This document shows, piece after piece, positions 19,151 through 28,912 of a stretch of DNA of 64,000 bases. The DNA is taken from contig OZ242374.1 of the NCBI GenBank assembly GCA_965209055.1, forward strand, positions 5,440,001 through 5,504,000, read 5' to 3'. Below the pieces are notes generated by a model. That model was not told the DNA's origin. It saw nothing but the letters and a program-made list of their open reading frames with translations, and made no database searches. Position numbers and translations under genes: made by a program. The DNA comes from Acidobacteriota bacterium (GTDB taxonomy: Bacteria; Acidobacteriota; UBA6911; RPQK01; JAJDTT01). Each line of letters begins with the position of its first letter. Position 1 is the first letter of the stretch.

Positions 19151-19465
19151 ATGGCAAGAAAGCAGCGGCGGTACCCGCCGGAGTTCCGCCAGGAGATCGT
19201 GGCGCTGGTGCGCTCGGGGCGATCGCCCGAGGCGCTGGCGCGGGAGTTCGAGCCCTCGGCGTCGGCGATCCGCAAGTGGGTCAAGCAGGCCGATCTGGAC
19301 GAGGGGCACCGTAACGACGGGTTGACGACGTTCGAGCGCCAGGAGTTGCGCCAGGCGCGGCGCGAGATCAAGCGGCTGCGGATGGAGCGGGACATCTTAA
19401 AAAAAGCCGCGGCTTGGTTCGCCCGGGAGAGCGACTCGATCCCCGAAAAGGATTCAAATTCGTGA
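19151..19465 (+). CDS. IS3 transposase OrfA (HTH + leucine zipper)
   Basis: RRYPPEFRQEIV...IRKWVKQ...ELRQARREIKRLRMERDILKKAAAWF. GGAGGAG RBS. A7 slippery run at 19399..19405. Confidence 0.92.
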   Translation: MARKQRRYPPEFRQEIVALVRSGRSPEALAREFEPSASAIRKWVKQADLDEGHRNDGLTTFERQELRQARREIKRLRMERDILKKAAAWFARESDSIPEKDSNS

Positions 19466-20331
19466 AGGCGTACCGAGCCCGGTTTCCGATCCGGGTGATG
19501 TGCCGCGTTCTGGGTCTCTCCCCCAGCGGGTACTACGCTTGGCTGAAGCGGCCCCCTTCGAAGCGGGCTCGCCGGGACCAGACGCTTCGGGAAACGATCG
19601 TGTGGATCTGGAACCAGAACCGGAGAGTGTACGGTCGGCCTCGTCTGCATACCGAGCTGAGAGCTCGAGGGGAACGGACGAGCCCGAAGCGCGTAGGTCG
19701 ATTGATGAAGGAAGCCGGGATCCAGGGGGCGAGCCGGAGGCGCCGCAAGGCCGGGCTCACCCGGAGGGACCGGAAGGCGCGCCCGGCACCGGACCTGGTG
19801 AACCGGAACTTCGCGGTTGAGGGACCGGATCAACTCTGGGTCGCGGACCTCACCTATGTCCGCACAAAGGCGGGCTGGTTGTACGTGGCCGTGGTTCTGG
19901 ACGCTTGGAGCCGCCGGATCGTGGGGTGGGCAATGGCGACCCATCTGCGATCCGAACTGGTGGAGAAGGCGCTCGCCATGGCGGTGATCCAGCGCCAGCC
20001 CAAGCAGGTGATCCACCACTCGGACCAGGGAACGCAGTACACCTCGGCTGCCTTCGGCAAACGATGCCGGGAGGCGGGAGTGCGGCCGTCGATGGGCTCC
20101 GTCGGGGACGCCTACGACAACGCGATGTGCGAGAGCTTCTTCGCGACGCTGGAGTGCGAGTTGCTGGATCGTCACCGGTTCCGGAACCCGAGCGAGGCAA
20201 GGCGGGCCGTGTTCGACTTTATTGAGGGATTCTACAACCGGCGGCGCCGGCACTCGGCGCTGGGCTACGAGTCACCGGTCCACTACGAGCAGCAGGCGGC
20301 GGCGGACCAACGCCGTCTTCGAGCTGCCTGA
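19414..20331 (+). CDS. IS3 transposase OrfB (DDE integrase core), -1 frame to OrfA; fused OrfAB via frameshift
   Basis: Motifs WVADLTY, DAWSRRIVGW, HHSDQGTQY, DNAMCESFFATLECE and YNRRRRHSALGYESP. Confidence 0.93.
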   Translation: MVRPGERLDPRKGFKFVKAYRARFPIRVMCRVLGLSPSGYYAWLKRPPSKRARRDQTLRETIVWIWNQNRRVYGRPRLHTELRARGERTSPKRVGRLMKEAGIQGASRRRRKAGLTRRDRKARPAPDLVNRNFAVEGPDQLWVADLTYVRTKAGWLYVAVVLDAWSRRIVGWAMATHLRSELVEKALAMAVIQRQPKQVIHHSDQGTQYTSAAFGKRCREAGVRPSMGSVGDAYDNAMCESFFATLECELLDRHRFRNPSEARRAVFDFIEGFYNRRRRHSALGYESPVHYEQQAAADQRRLRAA

Positions 20332-20709
20332 GAACGACGCCGGCACGGCCACCGTCGCACCCAGCGTCGCGCGCGACACGATTGAAGGGGGCAGGGGGGC
20401 GCTGCCCCCCTGAGACCCCCGGATGCAAAGAGACATAAAAAACTCTTAAATCCCTGGGAAGAGAGACCGAGGCCCCCTCGTTAAGCGGTATCCCATTGTG
20501 GAAAATCAGAGATTTCCCACAACGTGAGCCCTTTTGCTGACCCGTCCATAGGTCGCCCCTCACACGAAAGAAAGAGCGCTCTGTCCGTTGTCAATGGCCA
20601 AAACCCTGACATCCTCGATGGCCATTGACCGTCGTCGGGGGGAAGTCTTGCTCCCCACCGACAGAAGGAGTATTAAACCTAAGGACAACGTAGACCGCAC
20701 CAATAAACC
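20332..20709 (+). other. Hairpin-rich non-coding 3' arm of the IS3 element (candidate structured RNA)
   Basis: Stems at 20387..20420, 20468..20480, 20496..20522, 20590..20629 (perfect 11-bp arms) and 20634..20662. No convincing ORF. Confidence 0.45.
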
Positions 20710-21613
20710 GTCCACGAAAACGGGACACCCTCAGACGCCCTCCATCGTTCGAGGCCACTGCGACGGTGCCCCACCGAGCGTCACCCTCGAACCGCACTGA
20801 GATCGTAGCGACGAATTGGTCCAGTTCCAGAATATCGCTGAACCAGTTAATTCGGGCCCACCAAGTGCGGCTCTCCCGGGGCCAGGGTTCGACATCACGC
20901 GGCAGTCCTTCCACCACAGCTCCCCACGGCTCCACCATATAGCGCTTCCCTCCCCGATCGTATGTCCATCGGTGTGCGGAGAAGCGGCGGGACTGTCCGG
21001 CGGGATCCGGTTTCAAGTAGGTCGACGTGCCGATGATCCGGCCATCGAGCAGACTGATCCTGGGCTCGCCGCAGCCGTTGTGAAATCCATTCACATCGTA
21101 AGCAAAATCAAAGTTCAGCCCCTCGTCGGTGGAAACGTAAACCGCCTGAGTGTTGGTGAGATTGGTATTGACATCCGCGTTCAAGGAATGATTGAGCATC
21201 AACTCACCAGTCGAAAACTTCTCCAGGCCCGGATACCAGCAGTGTCCGGACGCTGTTTCGGCCACTACCCGAGGTTTACCCAGCCGCAGTAGGAAGTCTC
21301 TCATCTGGATCTCCTCTCGCACCGTGGTGAAGCTCCTGGTTGAGGTCGCAGACAGCCCCGCGACGCCAACGGCTGCCAGATGCCTCGATCCAACCTGAAT
21401 GAATTCGCGCCGGCTGGACTGTTCTTCCAGGTTACTCCGATATCGGTCCTTCCTTGTAGAGTCCACCGTTCCCTCCCTTACGAAAATACGAACTATTCGA
21501 AAGCTCGTTGGTCATTTCGAATCAACTGGCGTGGAATCTGATTCTTGGCCCCAAATTGGTGGCCAACTCCTGAAACAGCCGCAGCCGAGGCTCTCACTCG
21601 GAGTCCCTTCCGG

Positions 21614-22720
21614 TCAGCGAAGCCGGAAGTGGCAGTAACGGCTACCGTGGATGTCCTTCTCGTGACACCAGAACCCAACGAAAAAAGACCCGTCAGAAAA
21701 GGTCGCAATCCTGGGCTCTCCGAAGGCAAAGTCGGCCCAGTACATGGCCTCCGTATCCTGATCCTCCTCCCGGAAACCGGCGACTGCCTTCCAGAGGATT
21801 TCTTCGAACTCGAGATGAAAACCCTTTTCGTCGGGACGGGCGGTGGCAAACCCAACACCGGGAGGATTGCCGTACCGCCGGTTGAAAGCACAGGCTACCC
21901 GGCCATCTGGGAGTGCGTGAACAGCGGTCGTCTGGCCGATCAGCCCGGTGGATCGATTGGAGCAGAAGCTCTTGCCCCCGTCCCGGGAAATACTGTATTG
22001 AACAGGCAGATCTTCCCCCGCTTCCATATCACGAGCATAAGCAATGCCGAGAATTCCGCCGTCGGCCATCTCTTCCACCCACACCTCTTGGTAGGCAATT
22101 TTTCCGGAAGGATCCTCCATGAATTCGGCAAAATCGGGCCAACTCTCTCCCTGATCATGGCTTATCATGACGGCCGCTTTTCCCTGATTGGCGTTCGTGC
22201 CGGTGTGATCCAGCCAGGGCGCGAAAGGAGCCAGCCAATCTCCTTGCCGGGTGGCACAAATCACTCCGCCCACTTCGGGAGGCTCGGGATAGCACATGGG
22301 AATGGAGCAGACAGGACTCCAGCTGACACCCTGGTCATCTGAGACGGAGAAAATCAGCTCCGTGTGGGAAGCGCCGCCGGTCTTGCGGTCATAGTAAGTC
22401 TCGCCGGCAATGGGAGTGTCCCAGAGCATCCCTAATCCCAGCAACTTCCCGTTCCGGGTCCGGCTCACATTGAGCCGGCCGCTTTTCCCGGACGAATGCC
22501 AGTCCCACATCGGGCCCTGATCTTGCCAACTGCTCCCCCGATCGTCAGAGCGGAAGATCCGGCTATAACTGCGCCCGGTTCCGATCTCGAGGTGGAATCC
22601 GACGGACGCAATCAAAGTGTCGTCCGCCAAGCGGACGATCTGGCAGTGCCTGGGATAGGCTCCGTTTTCTTCCGGCTGGCTTAAGAAATAGCCCTCTGAA
22701 AATATTTCAACTCTCTTCAC
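21614..22720 (-). CDS. Asp-box (BNR) sialidase-fold protein, no obvious signal peptide
   Basis: Asp-boxes SDDRGSSW, SDDQGVSW, SHDQGESW and SRDGGKSF. GTG start after GGAGGG. Confidence 0.82.
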   Translation of the reverse strand: MKRVEIFSEGYFLSQPEENGAYPRHCQIVRLADDTLIASVGFHLEIGTGRSYSRIFRSDDRGSSWQDQGPMWDWHSSGKSGRLNVSRTRNGKLLGLGMLWDTPIAGETYYDRKTGGASHTELIFSVSDDQGVSWSPVCSIPMCYPEPPEVGGVICATRQGDWLAPFAPWLDHTGTNANQGKAAVMISHDQGESWPDFAEFMEDPSGKIAYQEVWVEEMADGGILGIAYARDMEAGEDLPVQYSISRDGGKSFCSNRSTGLIGQTTAVHALPDGRVACAFNRRYGNPPGVGFATARPDEKGFHLEFEEILWKAVAGFREEDQDTEAMYWADFAFGEPRIATFSDGSFFVGFWCHEKDIHGSRYCHFRLR

Positions 22721-22891
22721 CGATCACCCTCCACGACCACGTGACAATTAAAGTCAGGAAATTGCCCGACGATCTGCGGTGGTTCCTCACGTCGCGCTCC
22801 GCGGATTCGCCCAGTCGCTTCTTGCGACCCTTTGGCGGTGGTTCAGTCGAACCACCACAGCGGCTTGCTTTCCCGAATACTTCTCTATTCT

Positions 22892-25480
22892 TCAGTGTCC
22901 CGCCACCAGGTAAGAAATCAGCACCCAGGGCAATAGGACTAAACTGCCCCACATGAGATTTGTCTTCCAGCCTTTTTCGCGCGTCGGAAGCATGCTTAAG
23001 AGCGGGCCAAAGATCAGGCCCGCCAGTAAGGAAACGACGGCAATCCATTGAAAGCTCACACCGGGCTGGCCGGTCAACACGTCCCAGAACGCGATCAGAG
23101 CGCCTGCCAAAAAACTGTAAATGGCTCCAAACGCCGCCCCAAAAGGGGTGGCAAAGGATACGAACAAGGCCAGAAAAAAGAGAATGAACAGGGGGACGAG
23201 AAAGAGGTAGTTGGTCTTGACTGCCACCTCCTGGATGTTACCGGGCACCTTGTCGATGATGGAACTGATCAAGACTACGGCTACTCCAATGCCCACAGTG
23301 AGATAGCGCGCTGTCGCCAGGTGATGTCTTTCCGTGCCCCTATTGGACCGATTGAGGAAATCGACCATGATGACCGTAGAAACAGAGTTGATCCCAGAAT
23401 CAAGACTGGACATCACGGCAGCAAACATTGCCACAATGACCAATCCGGCCAAGCCGATAGGGAGATAGTTTGCAACGTAGTGCGGAAATATATAGTCGGC
23501 ATCTTCAAGCAGACTTTGACCGTCGGGAATGAGGTGCGGATTCACACTGAAAAAGCCAAGCAGCGCAAATCCGACTAACGCCAGGACCACGGTAATGAAG
23601 ATGCCGGCCACGGAGTTGACCAGGAAAGCGCGTCGTGCCGCCGTGGCGTCCCGAGTGGCCAAATAGCGTTGAATCGCCAGTTGGTCGGAACCGGCCGTAC
23701 AGATCCAGTAGATCAGGCTGTTCAGAAAGGCGCCCACAACAGTGGCGCGTACTGCCGGGTCCAAGGAGAAAACGGGCTGAACGTCCCAGTTGGGGGCCCA
23801 GGACGTTGGAAACCAAGCATAAAAGCTGCCCAGTTCACGATTGATCAACGCAATCGTGAGAACCGCCCCCCCGAAAAGAATGAAAAACTGGGTCACGTCG
23901 GTGATCACCACGGCACGCAGGCCGCCCAGTGCCGTGTAGATCACGGTGACGAATCCAGCCACGATCACGATATAAGGGAGAGTTTCCAGAGACCAACCTA
24001 ACACCACGACCATGACTCTTCCGGTGAGGTAAATCATCAGCGCCATCCATACCAGCCGGGTGACAATGAAAATGAACGACCCCAGCAATCGGATCCGGGT
24101 TCCGAGCCGGCCTTCCAGGATCTCGTAGGCGCTGGTGACGGGCAGACGCACCAGATACGGAATCAGGCCGTAGCCGACGATGACATAGATGAGCGGGATC
24201 ATGGCCACACTGGCGAGAACTACGGGGCCATGTTTGATCATCTCCCCAGGATGAGCCAGGTAGGAAACCGTGCTGAGCAGAGTGGCGAAAAGGGATATGC
24301 CAATGGCGAAGGAATTCATGTTTCGTCCGCCGACAAAAAATTCCTCGGTACTTTTCAACTTGCGCGATAGAAACCATCCGACCCCCAATACCGCAGAGCC
24401 GTAAAAAAGCATCACGGCCCAATCCAGCCAACTTAAACCCCGATGTTGCCGGCGTTCGATACGCAAGAGGGCGTTGGCGGCGCCGACGCGCACATCGATG
24501 TCTCCGCTCCTCAACAGGGCTTCCAGCACACCCTCATCTTGCCGATCTCCCGAAGCTCCAAGGGCGCCGCACACTTCGACTTTCTGCGCCGTGTTCCCCG
24601 TTGTGAGGTATTTCAACAGCTCCTGCCGAGCCTTCGACCTCCGTTCTCCGGAGGAATGGACGAAACCGGCGCCCAGGGCATAGACTCGGCTGCGGTCCTC
24701 GGAGGATGCGCTGAACGCGACTCTTTCTAATCGAGCCAAGGTAGTGGGCTGGATCTTTTTCAGGTTACGGAGTGCGTAACTGACGTTGGCGCGCCCGTCC
24801 GAAAAATCCAGAAGCTCAGCCAGAGCCCCTTCATCGTCAGCGTCTCCTGAGTTGGCCAAGGCCCACCGGGCGAAGGCGCGAAGAGAGCCTGTTTCTTCGC
24901 TCGCGACCTGTAGGAGTTCCGCCGGCCTCTCGGAGTAGCCCAGTTTGGCCAGCGCTTCCACGGCATGCACTCGGTCAATACCTTTGACATCCAGAAAGGC
25001 ATCGCGGATCTTTCCGACATACCTTTTGGCGGCCGCTTGATCATTGCCTTGCGCTTTAGCCAGCGCTCTCCACAGCCCGATGCGATAGAAGGGGCCCGCG
25101 CTGGCCAATTCCTTTTCCAGCGCTTCCTTGACTCCCACGTAGTAGCCATTCCAGATCAGTGCCTCCGCGGCTCGCACTTTGGTCCACTGGCGGCCTTCTT
25201 CCAATGCCTGACGCAGGATGAAAACCGCCTGTTCCCGACGTTCATCCTGCTGGGTGATTGACGCTGTGGGCGCGGCACCAACCCACGCCATGGACAGGAC
25301 GAAGCTCAGCCAGCAGACCCAAAGAAGCAAGTAAACGGACGCTGTGCCGATACCTGCGGAGAAGCGCACTCCGCCATGGGACGTGGAGCTTCCTCCGTTC
25401 CTATCAGAGAGACGAGGCGGTATGAGTATACGAAATCTTGGAGTTATGTCGTGATGGCAGGGTGTTGTCGATTTGCTCAC
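22892..25480 (-). CDS. Sodium:solute symporter (SLC5/SiaT-like) with N-terminal signal/TM segment and HEAT-repeat domain
   Basis: HEAT-like units (KVRAAEAL, RVHAVEALAKLG, VRVGAANALLRI), then SSS motifs EFFVGGRNM, ISLFATLLSTVSYL, SAYEILEGRLG, YTALGGLRAVVITDVTQ, DQLAIQRYLA and AAVMSSLDSGINS. Exact start uncertain. Confidence 0.9.
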   Translation of the reverse strand: MSKSTTPCHHDITPRFRILIPPRLSDRNGGSSTSHGGVRFSAGIGTASVYLLLWVCWLSFVLSMAWVGAAPTASITQQDERREQAVFILRQALEEGRQWTKVRAAEALIWNGYYVGVKEALEKELASAGPFYRIGLWRALAKAQGNDQAAAKRYVGKIRDAFLDVKGIDRVHAVEALAKLGYSERPAELLQVASEETGSLRAFARWALANSGDADDEGALAELLDFSDGRANVSYALRNLKKIQPTTLARLERVAFSASSEDRSRVYALGAGFVHSSGERRSKARQELLKYLTTGNTAQKVEVCGALGASGDRQDEGVLEALLRSGDIDVRVGAANALLRIERRQHRGLSWLDWAVMLFYGSAVLGVGWFLSRKLKSTEEFFVGGRNMNSFAIGISLFATLLSTVSYLAHPGEMIKHGPVVLASVAMIPLIYVIVGYGLIPYLVRLPVTSAYEILEGRLGTRIRLLGSFIFIVTRLVWMALMIYLTGRVMVVVLGWSLETLPYIVIVAGFVTVIYTALGGLRAVVITDVTQFFILFGGAVLTIALINRELGSFYAWFPTSWAPNWDVQPVFSLDPAVRATVVGAFLNSLIYWICTAGSDQLAIQRYLATRDATAARRAFLVNSVAGIFITVVLALVGFALLGFFSVNPHLIPDGQSLLEDADYIFPHYVANYLPIGLAGLVIVAMFAAVMSSLDSGINSVSTVIMVDFLNRSNRGTERHHLATARYLTVGIGVAVVLISSIIDKVPGNIQEVAVKTNYLFLVPLFILFFLALFVSFATPFGAAFGAIYSFLAGALIAFWDVLTGQPGVSFQWIAVVSLLAGLIFGPLLSMLPTREKGWKTNLMWGSLVLLPWVLISYLVAGH

Positions 25481-25567
25481 ACCTCGTTTTTCTACGAAGC
25501 TGTCACCCCGCCCGCTGCAATTGGGATCTGGTCTGCAGATTCACCGGCGGCAGCGCAGCAGGCCCCA

Positions 25568-28500
25568 TCAGAACGCGTATCGGATACCCAATTGTATGCG
25601 CCGCATGGGATAGGCATTCCGCAGCGTAACGGTTCCGGGTTGTGAGACATCGATCCGCTGGCTCGGGACGAACAGATTCGGATGATTCGTAGCGTTGGCC
25701 ATCTCAACGCGTACTTCCGCCGTATGGGTCTCGGTACCCGGAATGGCGAAGAGTTTCGAAATCCCAAAGTCCAAGTTGACGAAGTTGGGTCCGTCGATGA
25801 TGTTACGTCCCACATTTCCCTGACCTGTTCCGGACCGGGCCGTAAAATGGGTGGGATCAACCCATCGCTGTCGGCTCGGCTTCGGTAGTCTGTCCGGTCC
25901 CTTGTTCGGTGCCCAATCCGGCCGCAGCACACCACCCCAAAGCACATTTACGGGTGCTCCGGAATTGGCGTCGAGGAGGAAATTCACCTTCCAGCCTCCC
26001 AGGACAGCGTCAATTATGCGATTCCAATCGCCGCCCCACAGCCGCTGCCGACCGAACGGCAGCTCGTAGATTCCCGACAGATTGACGATATGTGTCATAT
26101 GGCCTTGGCCTCGACCCCATTCCTCCTCCTTCCGGACCTCCACAGCGGCGCCGACCGTGGTATCGAAATGTTCCGGTGTATCATTATGCAGACTACCCAA
26201 TGTGTAGTTGGTACGAAACGAGAGTCCCGCCGCAAAGCGCCGCTCCAGCGTCATCTGAATGGCATGATATTTGCTATCGTGACCACTGGAGCTGATCCGG
26301 AGTCCGTTACCCAGTGTGAAATTGTCGTATCCGTACAGGGATGCGAATTTCTGTCCCCTGTGCTCGAACTCGAGATGAACTCCGCGGGAGCCGATGTAGC
26401 CCACTTCCGCTGCCAGACTGCCCGGCAGTTCCTTTTGGATCGTCAGGTTCCAGTGCTGCATATAGGGATTATGAAATCCGTTTTCCGGCATGCGGATGTT
26501 GCCGACGGTCAAGTATTGCAGCCTTGACACCTCTGGCTGTAGCTCGTCCCAGAGGAAGACGCGACCACCCGTAGTGCCAAAGGCTCCAAGATTGAGCCAC
26601 GCCTGCCAGGGAGCCACTGAAGACGAATTTCGATTGACGGCAAAGCCCTGAGGGCTTCCGTAAAAGATACCGTATCCGGCGCGGACGACCATATTGCCGG
26701 TTCCGAAGGGACGATAGGCGATTCCGAGTCGAGGTCCAAAACTGTCTTTGTCCTCGTCGAAGAAGGTCTGCGCGGGGCCGTCGAACCGGTGGGGAAACAG
26801 CAATGCTGCCCGCTCATCGGGGGTCATCTGGTCATGGGCATCGGCCGGATAAATTACTTCATCGGTGACGAGGTCGTAACGGGCCATCCGGGCATTGCCG
26901 ATAGGACCAAACGGAGCAAACCAGTCATGGCGCAGACCGATGTTGACGGTCAGTCTGGGGTTCACCTTCCAATCGTCCTGAATGAAGAACGAAGTTCTCC
27001 ACCTCTTGCTCTTTCTCCACTGGGGAGTGAACTGAAAGCCAGCGAAATTATAGTCGCCGATGAGGAAGTCGGCGGCTTGGTTCGTGGTCCCGTTGTCGGT
27101 GCCCCAGCCCAGCCAGTACTGCCCGGTTGAACCGCACGCCCCGATCGCGCGGTGACGATCCTGGAGCACGTCTGCCCCTATCTTGATGAAGTGATTCCCG
27201 TGGTGGACGCTGAGCGAGTTAGAGACTTGGTAGTTATAAGACATCCGTTCATTGAACGGCGTCGCCCAGAGTCCGAAGTAGGAGCCGAAGCCCCTCACAT
27301 TGACGCGGGGGACGCCGTGAAGATGCGTGTCTTCATCGGACGGATGAAAGGCCATACCAAAGTTCTTGGCATAATTCTCAGACCTGTTGGTCTGGGCATA
27401 ACCTCCCTTGTGAAAGGCATAGCCCGCACGGCCCTCCCAGATCACTTCCGGGGTGATACTCCACGCCCCTCCCAGCACCGAATTGACATTGTCGGTGTTA
27501 TTGGAAAGGTCGCTGGCACGTTCGCAACCAGCGCCACAATCGATGGCCGGGGCGACCACTCCCGCGCGTGTCGTCCACAAGGTTGAGCTGAAGATGGAGA
27601 AATCGTCAGAGAAACTGTGGTCGATTCGGATAACGTGTTTCGGCTCAAACGTACTGGCGTCGAAGTTGCCATTGTAGTTATAGGCACCATCGAATCCCTG
27701 GTTGGGACGAGGCAGGATCTGGAGCATGTTCTGCGTCGCCGCACTGAATTGCGATGAAGGAATCACTCCGTTGGGGTACGGTTCCTTGGTATAGGGATCC
27801 ACCGGCAGACCCCACGGGGACTGGGAGAAGTCCCCTGCCAACTCGGCGTCGTCCAACATGTAACCTCGCTTGACGTCCTCGCTGGGGCTTCGAAACTTCT
27901 CAAAGTTGTAAAAGAAAAATGTCTTGCCGGTTCCGTCGTACAAACCCGGTACCCAAACGGGGCCACCAATACTGCCTCCATAATCGTCCTGCTCGTACAC
28001 CGGCTTGGATGCCGCGAAATAGGGAATGGCCGCCCAGTCTCCGCGGCGGGAAAACCAGTAGACGCTTCCGTGGAAGTCATTGCTTCCCGACTTGGTTCGA
28101 ACATTGACAATGGCCCCCATGGCCCTCCCGTGTTCAGCCGCGTAAAGGTTGCGAACCAGCTCGAACTCGGCAATCGAGTCGAGCGGGGGCTTAACGGCCA
28201 TGTCCGCGTTGTGATCATCCATGGAGCGGATGCCGTCGATACTGTACTCGTTGTCACGGGCACGGGCCGCACCCACGACGAGATTGGTTTCCTGATACCC
28301 CATTGCTGCGGGTGCCCGAGTGGAAACTCCGGCGGTGGTCTTGGTCAAGTCCAAAAAGTTTCGACCGAAGAGCGGCAACTCGGTAATTTCACGGTCCTTG
28401 ACGATTATTTCCAGGCTGGATGTCTCCGACCGCACAAGCTGGGTCCCTGCACTTACGGTGACCACTTCGGCTACGGCCCCGACTTCCATGGTCAGGTCGA

Positions 28501-28840
28501 CACGCACCGTGCTGCCTGTTTCCAACAATACATTCTGAGCGACAGCAGCTTTGAATCCGGCCATCTCAGCACGAATCTCATAGGCACCGATGTTGGTCAG
28601 CTGGGCGATGAGGTAGTCCCCGGTATCGTTGGTGACAACCGTGCGTGTCTGATCGGTTGCCGTGTGGCGGGCAGTTACCTCCACTCCGGGAATCACACCT
28701 CCCGAATCATCCTTTACCGTTCCCACAAAGCTTTGGCTACTTTGTCCCCATAGCAAAGCAGAACCGCCGACCACAACCCAAATTGCGACCAGCCAGTTCA
28801 GACACCAGATGCCACGGTTAGCTGTGTAATGGCTTCTCAT
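25568..28840 (-). CDS. TonB-dependent outer-membrane receptor (Oar-like, N-terminal carboxypeptidase-regulatory-like domain)
   Basis: Motifs GTVKDDSGGVIPG, LPLFGRNFLDL, TKSGSNDFHGS, FIQDDWKVNPRLTVNIGLR, FGPRLGIAY and C-terminal RRIQLGIRYAF. ATG at 28840 follows AGGAGGGG. Confidence 0.93.
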   Translation of the reverse strand: MRSHYTANRGIWCLNWLVAIWVVVGGSALLWGQSSQSFVGTVKDDSGGVIPGVEVTARHTATDQTRTVVTNDTGDYLIAQLTNIGAYEIRAEMAGFKAAVAQNVLLETGSTVRVDLTMEVGAVAEVVTVSAGTQLVRSETSSLEIIVKDREITELPLFGRNFLDLTKTTAGVSTRAPAAMGYQETNLVVGAARARDNEYSIDGIRSMDDHNADMAVKPPLDSIAEFELVRNLYAAEHGRAMGAIVNVRTKSGSNDFHGSVYWFSRRGDWAAIPYFAASKPVYEQDDYGGSIGGPVWVPGLYDGTGKTFFFYNFEKFRSPSEDVKRGYMLDDAELAGDFSQSPWGLPVDPYTKEPYPNGVIPSSQFSAATQNMLQILPRPNQGFDGAYNYNGNFDASTFEPKHVIRIDHSFSDDFSIFSSTLWTTRAGVVAPAIDCGAGCERASDLSNNTDNVNSVLGGAWSITPEVIWEGRAGYAFHKGGYAQTNRSENYAKNFGMAFHPSDEDTHLHGVPRVNVRGFGSYFGLWATPFNERMSYNYQVSNSLSVHHGNHFIKIGADVLQDRHRAIGACGSTGQYWLGWGTDNGTTNQAADFLIGDYNFAGFQFTPQWRKSKRWRTSFFIQDDWKVNPRLTVNIGLRHDWFAPFGPIGNARMARYDLVTDEVIYPADAHDQMTPDERAALLFPHRFDGPAQTFFDEDKDSFGPRLGIAYRPFGTGNMVVRAGYGIFYGSPQGFAVNRNSSSVAPWQAWLNLGAFGTTGGRVFLWDELQPEVSRLQYLTVGNIRMPENGFHNPYMQHWNLTIQKELPGSLAAEVGYIGSRGVHLEFEHRGQKFASLYGYDNFTLGNGLRISSSGHDSKYHAIQMTLERRFAAGLSFRTNYTLGSLHNDTPEHFDTTVGAAVEVRKEEEWGRGQGHMTHIVNLSGIYELPFGRQRLWGGDWNRIIDAVLGGWKVNFLLDANSGAPVNVLWGGVLRPDWAPNKGPDRLPKPSRQRWVDPTHFTARSGTGQGNVGRNIIDGPNFVNLDFGISKLFAIPGTETHTAEVRVEMANATNHPNLFVPSQRIDVSQPGTVTLRNAYPMRRIQLGIRYAF

Positions 28841-28912
28841 CTCTACCCCTCCTGAAAAAGCCTGGGATTGGCGGATGACCTGCACTCTCGCCGAAGGTCG
28901 ACCAGAGACACC

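Larger units (their letters stand above)
19091..20733 (+). mobile_element. IS3-family insertion sequence, 1643 bp, 4-bp target duplication GACG
   Basis: IRL TGGAGTTGACCCGCTTTCGTGGAC versus IRR (reverse complement) TGAGGGTGTCCCGTTTTCGTGGAC, 19/24 matching, with TG...CA ends. GACG at 19087..19090 and 20734..20737. orfA/orfB lie inside. Confidence 0.95.
18554..21466 (-). pseudogene. Tat-exported Asp-box sialidase-fold gene interrupted by an IS3 element
   Basis: Removing 19091..20733 plus one GACG copy rejoins ...VASNDGGR|HWRYLSTIA in frame. This restores the Asp-box SNDGGRHW and a 421-aa ORF with an SRREFI Tat motif. Confidence 0.9.

Noticed and set aside
18554-19309. ORFs 18554..19309 and 20591..21466 as independent genes
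   Set aside because: They are the two halves of one Asp-box gene fused to IS-end sequence.
18985-20253. 422-aa minus-strand ORF inside the IS
   Set aside because: It is the antisense shadow of the IS3 transposase.
20332-20345. GACGCC in the IS 3' arm matching the target site as a guide sequence
   Set aside because: The match is only 6 nt in GC-rich DNA and is not significant.
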